Assembly: GCA_001662655.1 (NCBI GenBank)
Contig: KV460207.1
Strand: one strand, 5' to 3'
DNA from: Pseudogymnoascus verrucosus
Taxonomy: Eukaryota
Length of the DNA: 64,000 nucleotides
Below, one piece after another: positions 37,026-47,368 of the stretch. The stretch's first letter is position 1; each line of letters begins with the position of its first letter. The position numbers and the translations under genes are program-made. The notes below the pieces were generated by a model that was not told the origin of the DNA, made no database searches, and was given only the letters and a program-made list of their open reading frames with translations.

Positions 37026-38558
37026 ATGGAGAGTCCAGAAGCATCACAGACCAATGTAATCATCACAAAAGGCATCTTTACTGGTCTACCTACCTTCCCA
37101 CCATCTCTCAGCGGGTTTTCAGCAGTTGTTGTTGGTGCCAGTGGGATTTCTGGTCAGCATATGCTCCATGTGCTGTCGCAATCCCCAAAACGTTGGAGCA
37201 AGATCTACGCGCTATCTCGCTCGCTACCTCACATCCCTGACAACACGGACGATCGAATCATCCATGTTCCTGTAGATCTATTGAAGGGCCCGGAAGAAAT
37301 CGCAGCGGCAATCAGAGGAGCCCAGGTGAAGGCGTACGTCGCGTTACCTCCTATCTGCGACCACGAGACTCACCTCCTCTATTAGGGATTATGTGTTCTT
37401 TCTTGCGTACCTTCAGCCGCCTCCCAAGCCAGGAGCGTCTTTGTGGTCCAATACCGACGAAATGAACGCAGTAAATAGCGATATGCTGTCCAGCTTCCTG
37501 CAGTCTCTCTTGCTAACGTCACTTCGACCTCGTCGCATTGTTCTTCAAACAGGCCTCAAGCATTACGGGACACATTTGGGTCCAACGTCCATTCCGAATA
37601 TGGAATCTGCAGCTCGACTTTCATCCCCACCCTTTCCGCCAAATTTCTACTACAAGCAAGAGGACCTGCTCTTTGAGTTCTGCCGAGTTCACGCGCCTTC
37701 CACCTCATGGAACGTGATTCGGCCGTCTTGGGTTCTCGGTGCCGTTCCGGATGCGGCTATGAATATTCTATATCCCCTCGCAATCTACGCGGTCGTGAAG
37801 CAGGCCATGGGAGAGAGCCTGGACTTTCCAGGAGACTGGGATGGGTGGGATAAGGAGCAGATGCAAAGCTCCGCAATGCTCAACGGATACTTAAGTGAGT
37901 GGGCGGCCCTAACGGCGCCTGCAGCGAACCAAGCTTTCAATGCGTCCGATGGGGGCGCTTGGACGTGGGGAATGTTCTGGCCTATATTGGCCGGGTGGTA
38001 TGGCATCCCCTGGAATCCTCCGGTCATGGATGAAAGCAAATACAAGGCAATTGAGACTGGCCCAGCTCCTAGAGGGTGAATGATTTTCCTTAAGTCGTTG
38101 TTCTAAAGTAGACAACCTCTAGTATCTCTTCCAATTACTGACGGCATCTAGGTACGGTCCCCCTGGCAAGATCCGGTATATGTTCTCACTTGTCGACTGG
38201 GCGCAGCGGCCTGAGGTGCAAGTTGCGTGGGCTCGGATTGCCAAGCAGCATAGTATCACGGCGAATCCATTCAAAGACCTCGAACGGATTTGGAGTCCGA
38301 CTCATTTAGCTCTCGTAACCCCTTGGGCGATGTCCGTCAGGTATGTCATCGATGGCCTCAGCGTTTCATGCTCTTATTACGTTAGGCTAACACATGGAAA
38401 TTCTCAGGATGGACAAAGCACGGAAGATGGGTTGGCATGGGTATGCGGACACTCTAGAGGTTGTGATGGAAACATTTGAGCGTTTCGCTGAGCTCAAGAT
38501 GATCCCACCCGTTCCCTTCCTATCCAGGGCGGACGAAAGGTCTATTCACCTAGGGTAA
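37026..38558 (+). CDS. Atypical SDR, PRISE (progesterone 5-beta-reductase/iridoid synthase)/SirQ-like
   Basis: VVGASGISGQHML, LQTGLKHYG, PNFYYKQEDLL, WNVIRPSWVLG, NQAFNASDG, MDKARKMGWHG; 3 introns. Confidence 0.87.
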
Positions 38559-38801
38559 AACCAGCCGAGGGATTTTCTGTGGAACCTAAACACGGAAGAT
38601 TTCGATCTTGGTTTCTTCGCTGTACACTACAAGCAATTGCATGGTGTTAGCTAGACATAGTTCACATGCTCAGGTATATACATGCGATTACTATATTCAT
38701 TCAGTCTAGGTTTTCTCAGGAGAACTCAGCGGATGGCTACAAATAGATCAGTAGATAATACAATGCTTTTGGTGCTTTACCTTCAGCAGGTCGCATAACA
38801 G

Positions 38802-39360
38802 CTATCTCTTCAGGTAGAAATAGAAAAGGCTCTCTCCCAACTCCTTCCCTTCCATGATACCAGCAACCATATCATCATTAACGTAACGAAAATAGTCAAA
38901 GACTGGGCGGTCATCGTAGATCATCGCCGTCGAGACAACATCTCGATACAGGACCTCGCGTAGCTGCACTTATGTCAACTGTCTGTCGTAATAATAGAGA
39001 CTCAGCTGTGTGACTGCTTACGGTTGCGTGGCCCCACTTCCCCCAGCTAACTCTCTGGCCATTCTTATCGATAATGACCGGATCAACTTGTTCGACGGAG
39101 GTGAAATTCTTTCCCAACCATCGTATCTCCTTTAGTGTATCTCCAATGGGGTGGCCGGTGTCTAATATTCCACCACCCCACTCGCCCAGCATCAGCCCTG
39201 GCTTGACTGGGCCAAGCTTGTTGTACACCGCGTCGATCAATGTGGGATCAACCCGGCCCTGGGTCTGGGTTAAGGCGATAAACTGTTCCGCTGGGCTGTT
39301 CAATAGTTAGCTAGCTGACTTGCCTCGGTTTTGTCATATTAGGTGTGATTACGAGGGCAT
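38802..39360 (-). CDS. GXWXG/DUF4334 family protein
   Basis: MPS, intron 39352-39296, PAEQFIAL...MLGEWGGGILDTGHP...WLGKNF..., second intron, LREVLYRDVVSTAMIYDDRPVFDYFRYV...FYFYLKR*. Confidence 0.85.
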
Positions 39361-39529
39361 GAATACAGTTCGTTAGTGGGGCTTGGTTTTGGAGGAATAT
39401 AGATTTGATAGAATTATTTAGATAGAAATAGAGGTAAGATGGTAATCCGAATCGTATCTCAGACCGCAGTTCCTTAGTTACATACAGAATACAGGATGCT
39501 TGTATTCTGTTGCTGCAATGGAGAGTTCG

Positions 39530-39693
39530 CGTCTTTGGGACTCGTCTGTTTTTGGGTTCTGTCATGGTGACGATATGGATACTACTGGTTCTCGTCTTTT
39601 GGAATAGTCTGTTTTTGGGTTTGTCACGGTGACATTGCAGATGCTGTCTGCGTCTTTCGTACTAGTCGGTTTTTTGGGTTTGTCATGGTGACG
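39530..39693. repeat. Three copies of a ~41-bp motif ending in the palindrome GTCA-N3-TGAC, in a divergent promoter
   Basis: CGTCTTT..A.T.GTC.GTTTTTGGGTT(C)TGTCAYGGTGAC at ~39530, ~39593 and ~39651. Confidence 0.85.
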
Positions 39694-39819
39694 TTATAGG
39701 CGCTAGTGTTGTGATGTCTCAATCGTATATGTACAGTGGGGGAGAACCCGAACAAGTAGACGTGGATCATTGATGATAGTATCCTTTGACGGTCCTACTG
39801 AGAATATCATTTCTAAACC

Positions 39820-41129
39820 ATGGCATCCCAGGGCAGCGGCTTCCACGTCCTGTTGACAGGAGCGAACGGCTTTGTAGCCTCCCATATATTGTCGATCTTG
39901 CTTGCGGTAAGCATATATATCCAATTGTGGTCGGTCAAGGCCAGATATCTGATGGTGGTGCTATTTCTAGCGTGGGTATGCCGTTACCGCGACCGTACGC
40001 TCTAAGGAGAAAGCAGCCGACGTCGTAAAAACGCACCCCTCGTGGGAGGGCAAAATAGAATTCGCAATTGTCGCAGATTTCACCTCAGCAAAGCCATTCG
40101 ACGAATTGTTCATTAATTCGAAAGCTCCTTTCACCCATATAATCCATACGGCATCCCCTTTGAACTTCCGAGTTGAAGATATTCAAAAGGAAATGATTGA
40201 GCCAGCCGTAAGAGGGTAAGCTAAGAGAATCGACACGATGTCCCTACAGCCTGGACCGAACTAACACACACTGCAGGACTACGGAGATTCTCAAGAGCGC
40301 CCATCACTACGGTGGCGCAACCCTGAAACGTTTCGTCTTGTTGGGAAGCGCAGTGTCCGTCCTGAACTCATTTGAGGATATCACGCGGGAAGGCCTGCCC
40401 TATACTGAGAAGAACTGGAATCCGGTATGGGCAGCTACACACATGATCCTAAAATTCGCTCACTTACTGCGGTGCAGGTAACGGCCGAGGAAGCCATCGC
40501 GAAAAAGGATACAGTTCTTGGATACAATGTCTCTAAGACAAGCGCGGAGTCTGCGGCTTGGGAATTTATAAAGTCAGAGTCACCCTGTTTTGATCTGGCT
40601 GTCATAAATCCGGATATCATTACAGGACCAATGATACACCCAATTTCTGGCCCAAAGTCTATTAACGAGACAAATCACTTTGCGATTGCAAGCTTTATTG
40701 ACGGAACCCATCAGCAGGTTGAAGGGGTGACGTTTCCGTTCTACCATTTCGTAAGCTCTACTCATCTATGGCTTACCCCTAATCTAATTATTATCATAGG
40801 TGGACGTCCGCGATGTGGCTCGAAGCCATGTTGATGCTTTAACGAACACTCATGCCGGAAGCCAGCGGATTCTTCTAATCTCAGGCATTATCTCACCGCA
40901 ATTAGTCGTGAATATCATCAGGAAGAATTTTCCTGCCCTGCGGGCCAGGGTTCCCGAAGGAAATCCCTCGCAGATCCTCCCACCAGGAGTGCATCCAACC
41001 GGATGGGATATGCGGTTGAGTCTAGATATTCTTTCTAAGGGAACAAAGGAACAAAGCTGGAAGTACATTGATCTAGAGACCAGTGTCACTGATGCCATTC
41101 GGACTATGATAGAGGCGAAGGTAATCTAG
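39820..41129 (+). CDS. NADPH-dependent aldehyde/ketoreductase (GRE2/dihydroflavonol-reductase-like extended SDR)
   Basis: VLLTGANGFVASHI, IIHTASP, YNVSKTSAE (YxxxK), VINPDIITGP, VDVRDVARSHV; 4 introns. Confidence 0.9.
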
Positions 41130-41453
41130 TCTCAGGGCCCGAAGACTTTGCTCTTCTTTCTGGATTCGTTAAGTTTCTTGTGGTAAAAGTTCTTTATAAT
41201 GGCATAATTAACGAGTCTATTGCATTTTGCATGACATGAAGGGTAATTAGGGTCCTATCTAAAGACTTGTAGAGGCTTGCGTTAGGTTAGTTAGTAAGTG
41301 TTAGTTAGGTTATTATGTAGATGGGTCTTATCTATACTAGGGCTGTTTTACTACTTGTTAATTAGGTAAGCTTACACTCATTTATATATATATAGCTATT
41401 TAGAGTCCTAGAGACTTATTATATAGTTTATTAATAAAGTAACCTTCTATATA

Positions 41454-43294
41454 ACGTAATTCACAAGCGAACGGATCACACAAGCGAACGGATCACCAAA
41501 ACACCAAAACGCGTCAACTTAACAGAATTCAACTTATGGCAACACCAACTCAAGCTAAAACCTCTAATCAAGAGGGGAGAATACTTCTAGCTATTCAATC
41601 AATTAAAGAAGGACATATTCAAAGTATTCGAGCAAGCGCAATGTCGTACGATGTCCCATATACAACTCTCTATAGACGGTTGAATAGAGTAGCTTCCCGA
41701 CGCGATTCTACTCCTAACTCTCGAAAATTAACTCTGTACGAAGAGTCAGCTCTCGTTCGGTATATCCTCGACCTAGATTCACGTGGATTTCCGCCCCGGC
41801 CGCAAGGTGTGCAAGAAATGGCAGACCTTCTACTCTCCGAACGAGGCGAAAGCCCTGTTGGGATAAACTGGACTACCAACTTCATTAAGCGTCGTACGGA
41901 AATCAAAGCAAAGTTCAGTCAGAAGTACGATTACAAACGAGCAAAATGCGAAGATCCTAAGATAATTGAAGGGTGGTTCTCCCTCGTACGAAACACAGTT
42001 GCAAAATATGGAATCTTAGAGCAGGATATCTACAACTTTGATGAAGCAGGTTTCGTAATGGGAGTTATTGCTACTGCAAAGGTAGTCACAAGCTCGGAAG
42101 CAAAGAGCCGTCTAAAGACTATACAGCCAGGGAATAGAGAGTGGGTATCAATTATTCAAGGTGTCAATTCGTATGGATGGGCACTCCCGCCATTCATCAT
42201 TTTCAAGGCGCAGAATCACCTCTCTGCTTGGTACGAGGACTTAGGATTACCACACGACTGGGTAATTACACTAAGTGAGAATGGGTGGACTTCAAATTCA
42301 ATTGGGTACGAGTGGATTCAACACTTCAATCGGCATACAAATGCTCGTACGGTTGGAACCTATCGCCTTCTTATTCTCGATGGGCATGAGAGCCACCTCT
42401 CTGCTCAATTTCAACACTACTGCATAGAACGGAAGATAATCACCCTCTGTATGCCACCACACTCCTCACACATTCTTCAGCCTCTTGATGTAAGCTGCTT
42501 TGCGCCACTAAAGCTTTCGTACGGAAAGCAGATTGAAACCTTCGTACGGAACCGGCTAAACCACATTACAAAGCTTGAGTTCCTCTCTGCATTTAAAGAA
42601 GCATTTAAAGCTACATTTACAGAGCAGAACATTAAGAGCGGATTCCGAGCTACAGGACTAGTTCCATACGAGCCACAGAATGTCCTCTCTCACTTAAATC
42701 TACACTTAAGGACTCCAACTCCTCCTATAGTTGAGAGCGGCAATTGGACTTCAAAGACTCCTCAAACTATACGGGAGCTTAACTTTCAAACAGAGCACAT
42801 TAAGAACCGCATTGTACGACATCAGAACAGCTCTCCTACCTCAATTAATGATGCTGTTAGCTGCCTTGTTAAAGGGGCAGAAATGATGATGCATTCTGCT
42901 ATTCTACTTAAGGCAGAAGTTAAGGCTCTACAGGCAGCAAATGAACAGAAAAAGAGGAGGGAAAGGAAGCGTAAGAGGCGTATAATGCAAGGGGGAAGCC
43001 TCTCCGTACGAGAGGGAGAGGATATACTTCAGAGTGCTGAGGTTGATGCTCAAGTCCGTACGGAGGTGGCAAGTGAGACTACTCGGCAGGGGGGTTCTAT
43101 AGGCCGACAGCGACGATGTGGCACATGTGGTAATATAGGGCATAATGCTCGTACGTGCGAGAGGCGCTAGGAATCAATTGCGATCGAATACGGGTTATTA
43201 TGTAGGGTGGTAGTGTAGTAGTAGGCAGTAATAGTCAATTTTGGTGTTTTGGTGATCCGTTCGCTTGTGTGATCCGTTCGCTTGTGAATTACGT
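41454..43294 (+). mobile_element. Intact Fot1/pogo (Tc1-mariner superfamily) DNA transposon
   Basis: Perfect 56-bp TIRs (41454-41509, 43239-43294) with internal direct repeat CACAAGCGAACGGATCAC; TA target-site duplication on both sides. Confidence 0.97.
41536..43170 (+). CDS. Fot1/pogo DDE_1 transposase
   Basis: N-terminal HTH/CENP-B region, catalytic NFDEAG / LILDGHESH / QPLDV with DD35D spacing, C-terminal CCHC knuckle CGTCGNIGHNARTC; uninterrupted 544 aa. Confidence 0.97.
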   Translation: MATPTQAKTSNQEGRILLAIQSIKEGHIQSIRASAMSYDVPYTTLYRRLNRVASRRDSTPNSRKLTLYEESALVRYILDLDSRGFPPRPQGVQEMADLLLSERGESPVGINWTTNFIKRRTEIKAKFSQKYDYKRAKCEDPKIIEGWFSLVRNTVAKYGILEQDIYNFDEAGFVMGVIATAKVVTSSEAKSRLKTIQPGNREWVSIIQGVNSYGWALPPFIIFKAQNHLSAWYEDLGLPHDWVITLSENGWTSNSIGYEWIQHFNRHTNARTVGTYRLLILDGHESHLSAQFQHYCIERKIITLCMPPHSSHILQPLDVSCFAPLKLSYGKQIETFVRNRLNHITKLEFLSAFKEAFKATFTEQNIKSGFRATGLVPYEPQNVLSHLNLHLRTPTPPIVESGNWTSKTPQTIRELNFQTEHIKNRIVRHQNSSPTSINDAVSCLVKGAEMMMHSAILLKAEVKALQAANEQKKRRERKRKRRIMQGGSLSVREGEDILQSAEVDAQVRTEVASETTRQGGSIGRQRRCGTCGNIGHNARTCERR

Positions 43295-43658
43295 TAAGTA
43301 TTCTATATACTTTATATATAAGTACTTAATTTTATAATAGTACTAGCTTTAGCCTTATAGCTAGTAAATACTATTAATATATCTAAGGAGAATGCTCTAG
43401 GTTCGTCTCTGCTCCTTAGACATAGCCCGTTAGAGACTCTCTCTCCTAAGAGAACACCCCCCTAGAGGGCTCGACTCCCGTGAGCCTACTACCCCTATGA
43501 GCTTTCTCTATAGCATAGTGTTTCCTCATAATATCTCACGTGATGCCTATGCATGCACGGAAGAGAGTCTAAAGGCGAAAGGTCTGAGATGTTAAGTGTT
43601 CCTAGTGACGCCTCCCTATAACGCCATCAAGAAGTCTATAGTACAAAAGGACAAAAAA

Positions 43659-43770
43659 CATACAACAGTGGGTATTCGCTGGTGGTCACCCACCCAAGTA
43701 CTAATCCACCGATCTTATGTATGGCAGAGCGGACGGGATGCCCAGTTCTCTTGAGTCTATGGTCGTATGT
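43659..43770 (-). rRNA. Dispersed 5S rRNA gene copy with a 6-nt deletion (probable pseudogene)
   Basis: ACATACGACCATAGACTCAAGAGAACTGGGCATCCCGTCCGCTCTGCCATACATAAG^ATCGGTGGATTAGTACTTGGGTGGGTGACCACCAGCGAATACCCACTGTTGTATG followed by a T-run; 112 nt. Confidence 0.93.
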
Positions 43771-44131
43771 GATAATTACTTGCGTATCCGTCTTTGGGGA
43801 CTTGAACGAGGTCTGTGGCTGGCAAAACGAGCCATGTACATAGGGCTCAAAGGACGCATCCTAGAGACTCTCCCATCAACAACCTAGTACTCGACCGTCG
43901 AGCACTACAATGGACCCAAGGAGGAGGATATTCTGGCGATCAGTGTCCCGCCTGAGCATGTTGCAACTACGTTAAATAATCACTAAACGTCAAACATGGT
44001 GTTACAGATACTTGCTATTGTGATTCGCCTAACGTCTATGGCCGACCGTTGCTGGCTTTCTCTCCTATAAATATCTAGTACATCTTAAGGTTTATCGTAC
44101 ATAACTCGGGCTTCGCTACTACATGTCTCTG

Positions 44132-46176
44132 TCAGTTCCAAAACGTGGCATTCCACTCCGCAAAGCTCAACCCAGGAGCCAGCAGCAAGCTTGGGTCCAA
44201 GGTCCCCGGCTCCCTATCATCATACGTCCCATCCCAGCAGTGCTTCTTGAAGCACCTCTCGCATTGCCTCGTCCGCCTCATGCCCAACTTCTCTAGACTC
44301 CTCTCCACCACCGCGCAGCCCAGACATGCCGACCATTCGTCGTCCAGCATCCCATTGCCCTGCGTGAACGCATTAAAGGAGTTGTCAAAAATCTCGTACA
44401 TCTGGGTGTTAGAAAAACTAGATTGCGTCCATGTGTAGTTCGTATATGCGCTATAGGGCGCGTTAGCCATGTATAGCACAATAGGCGATTGAGTGGTTCC
44501 GGTGGTTGTTAAATCGGCGTTACATCCAAAGAATGTTGGCCGCAGAGTGAAGTTCTTGTTTAACATAGTGCGGGGCGGGGGGACAATGGGGAATGGTAGG
44601 CCGGAGGCCTTTGCCGCAAGGTACGTGTTATGCATGCTAGTGCCGTTCAGCCACGCATAGGGCTCTGCGTCCGGATTGTCGTCCCAGGCGATGATAAACG
44701 AGGAAGCGCGCGCAGGTTGGATCTGTGACCAGAGAGGAATGGCTTGTCCTGCTTCGGAGCCGTCGACGAGGTTGAGGTCGCGGGGGATGCTTGAGGACGA
44801 GGAGGCGAATGGGTTGGGCCAGATGGCGTGGTCGACCTGGGCGGTGGATAAGCCGAAGATGCCTTTGAAGCCTTCGAGGAGCCCATTGAGGGTTGCATTG
44901 GGGAATAGGGAGAGGTCTCTTTGAGAGAGTGGCGTGCTTCTCTTGAGGTTGTTAATTGAGCGTTTGGGAAATGGGGCAAGAACGCCGTTGGAATCATTCT
45001 CGATTATCCAGAAGTTTGCTGCTGAGGTCGCGGTTCCCATCATCAAACTAGAACTGGTCACTTACCGCCATGTGAAATCAGAGATGGATGGACTATCATA
45101 CCTTGAGCTGTCGAATCCGAGAGTACACATGCTGCTGTTCACCGGAACACCATCGTCAAGTCTCGTCCCCATCCACTCAGTGGGAGTAAACCCCTTTGTC
45201 CACGATCCAATTTCAAACGGGGTCATCTCATACTATTCGTCTGGTCAGTAACGCCCTTAAGATCATAAGATAAAGCAGGACATCGTACTGAAGTGGCATT
45301 ATAATAAGGAACCTTCAGCCCAAAATACTCCTTATCATCATCAGTCAACTCACTCGCCTGCAGCATCGGCAGCGGCATCTGATGATTGACAAAATTGCTC
45401 AACCGTGCAATGCCCGACCAAGTATTATTAACCCCTCCATGCGGACCAGACAGGAACTCATACGCAGAATTACGACCCAAGTAATCTGAAGTGGATACAT
45501 TAAACCCAGCTTTCAGCTTCGCAGCTATGTCTTCGAAAATCGACTCGGGGCTTCCAGGAGAGCTAGAATTCGAACCGCCGTCGGGTTGCGAAAGCCAGAT
45601 CTGCACGATCTCGTCCACTGTGGGGAAGTTGTGCGAGGGGATCGAGGTGACGGGCCATGATCCCCCAGAGAGGCCGCTCAGGTACGTCAGGCTCTGGAGG
45701 AGCCCGCCGACACGCTGCTCGTTGGCTGCTTCCAGGCGAGAGTCTAACGCGCGGATGGCGCCGGTGCCAGTGTACGCGGATCTGTAACCGCCGCCGCTGA
45801 TGGCAAGGCCCAGGGTTGGGACGTGGGCGTAGTTTGAGTGGCGAAGGGCTCGGATATACCTTGGGGTATCGAAATCCTCGAGGCAGAGGCGTTCAAGGTA
45901 GGTATCGAGAGCGTCTGCAACGACGCGCTTGCGGCCTCTTACCCACTCGGCTTCTTTTGGATTGAGCATCGCGGGAGGACGGATCCATTGCACGTCCGTT
46001 GGGCACTCGACGTAGATGGGTGCATAGCTGGTTGGTTGGTAGGTTGAAGGACAGAATGTAGCTGCGGCTTCTATGGTATTGCTCATGAGACCTGCATTTG
46101 GAGTAAGTTAGATATCCTGAGCAATGGGTGTTTAACACATACCAATAGCCACGGCGAGGACCGTCGACAGCTTCAT
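44132..46176 (-). CDS. Secreted lysophospholipase / phospholipase B (PLA2_B)
   Basis: Signal peptide MKLSTVLAVAIG; AISGGGYRS, YLSGLSGGSW, VDGSEAGQAIPL, C-terminal CLGCAVV...CERCFKKHCWDG; 3 introns. Confidence 0.92.
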
Positions 46177-46506
46177 CGTGGTTGACGACATTATTGCAAG
46201 TAGTGATGAAAAACTTGTAGTGACAATCTATTATTTCCGCGGAAAGCTCCATAGATTTATATGCCAAACGAGCTATCATGATGCCTAGTTGTACTACGCC
46301 TCTCAGCTCTTGGAGTCAGTGTTGCATCGGCACTTACCGGCCCTGTACATTATAAGGCGTTTTCGACTTCGTCTAACTCATATATACGTAAAGAAGACGC
46401 AAAGGAAGAAATTACAATATAGACCGGCGTAACTGTGGCCAGCATCGAGTTCATCTCCGTACTAATGCAGCCTACGGAAGGGTTCGCGGCGGCCTTTTAT
46501 CATTGG

Positions 46507-46548
46507 GAACGAGAACGAGAACGAGAACGAGAACGAGAACGAGAACGA
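46507..46548. repeat. (GAACGA)7 microsatellite
   Basis: Seven perfect hexamer units. Confidence 0.95.
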
Positions 46549-46916
46549 TATCACACCCTTGTGGTGTACACTCTAATGCCATGAACGAACGAACCTAGCC
46601 GGATAGAAGCCGGCAGGCTGCTCGTTCTCGCTCCGGATGAATGCTGTAGGGCTGACTACTACGTAGCTATTACCGAACGAGCTGTTGGACGTGAATATAC
46701 TAGGAAGTCATTTACCCCTTCCAATGCTTAAATTATTTTTATTCCTATCCCTGGGGAGGCCCCTCTCTCTTCTCTTGAATTTTTACACTTCTCATCATAG
46801 CCTCTTCTCATCTTCCCATCTTCCTACCCTCGCAACATTTTCTCAAGCAAACACTAACACCATATACACATACATCCTTTTTACCCCATCCTTCATCACC
46901 ACCCTTACACATCGCC

Positions 46917-47368
46917 ATGGCGCAAAACCCAGGCTACGGCTATGATGCGAAGGACCCCTCTGGCCGCCGTCCCTACGATCCTCGTGACGACTACGTCGCA
47001 CCGCAGCCTAGCCCCCCTCCCGGCTACGACGACTACTCTCAGGCGCCGCTTCGTTGCGAGTATAATGTAAGGCGGTCCTCACGTGCCATCACGTGAGGAG
47101 CCACGCCGAAGGCAGCCCTACGGTGGAGCTGCCATTCGGGTATAGCCCGGTTATTAGGGTTCACGGTATGGGAAGATATCAGGGGCTGGAGCCTCAGTTG
47201 AGGACTCCAGTCAATAGTCGCTGTATCTACGTAGACCTATTGTTACGCTATATACCCTCACTTTCCTGCCTTCTGATCTGGTTCCCTGAACTCCCGCGTG
47301 ACCCTAGGCCTACGGCCTTACATATAACCTACCCCTCGCCTCAGCAGTCCCAGCATTCTCGCGGATGA
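46917..47368 (+). pseudogene. Gene fragment interrupted by a solo LTR
   Basis: ATG 46917 in good context (cgccATGG): MAQNPGYGYDAKDPSGRRPYDPRDDYVAPQPSPPPGYDDYSQAPLRCEY, broken by the LTR at 47066; similar low-complexity coding-like sequence resumes after 47327. Confidence 0.5.
47066..47322. mobile_element. Solo LTR (257 bp)
   Basis: Starts TGTAAGGC and ends GCCTTACA (TG...CA, 8-bp inverted ends), flanked by the 5-bp direct repeat TATAA (47061-65, 47323-27). Confidence 0.88.

Larger units (their letters stand above)
34665..43618. mobile_element. Putative non-autonomous cargo-carrying TIR DNA transposon (~8.95 kb)
   Basis: 89-bp inverted repeats at 34665-34753 and 43530-43618 (6 mismatches, all transitions), each flanked by TA (34663-64, 43619-20). 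Confidence 0.75.

Noticed and set aside
39296..39337. Apparent 28-nt GC-AG micro-intron after ATG 39337 in the GXWXG gene
   Set aside because: A canonical 57-nt GT-AG intron (39352-39296) from ATG 39360 gives the same frame and is more plausible.
34655..43630. hAT, Mutator or PIF assignment for the outer TIR element
   Set aside because: No 8-bp, 9-bp or TWA direct repeat flanks the TIRs; only TA fits.
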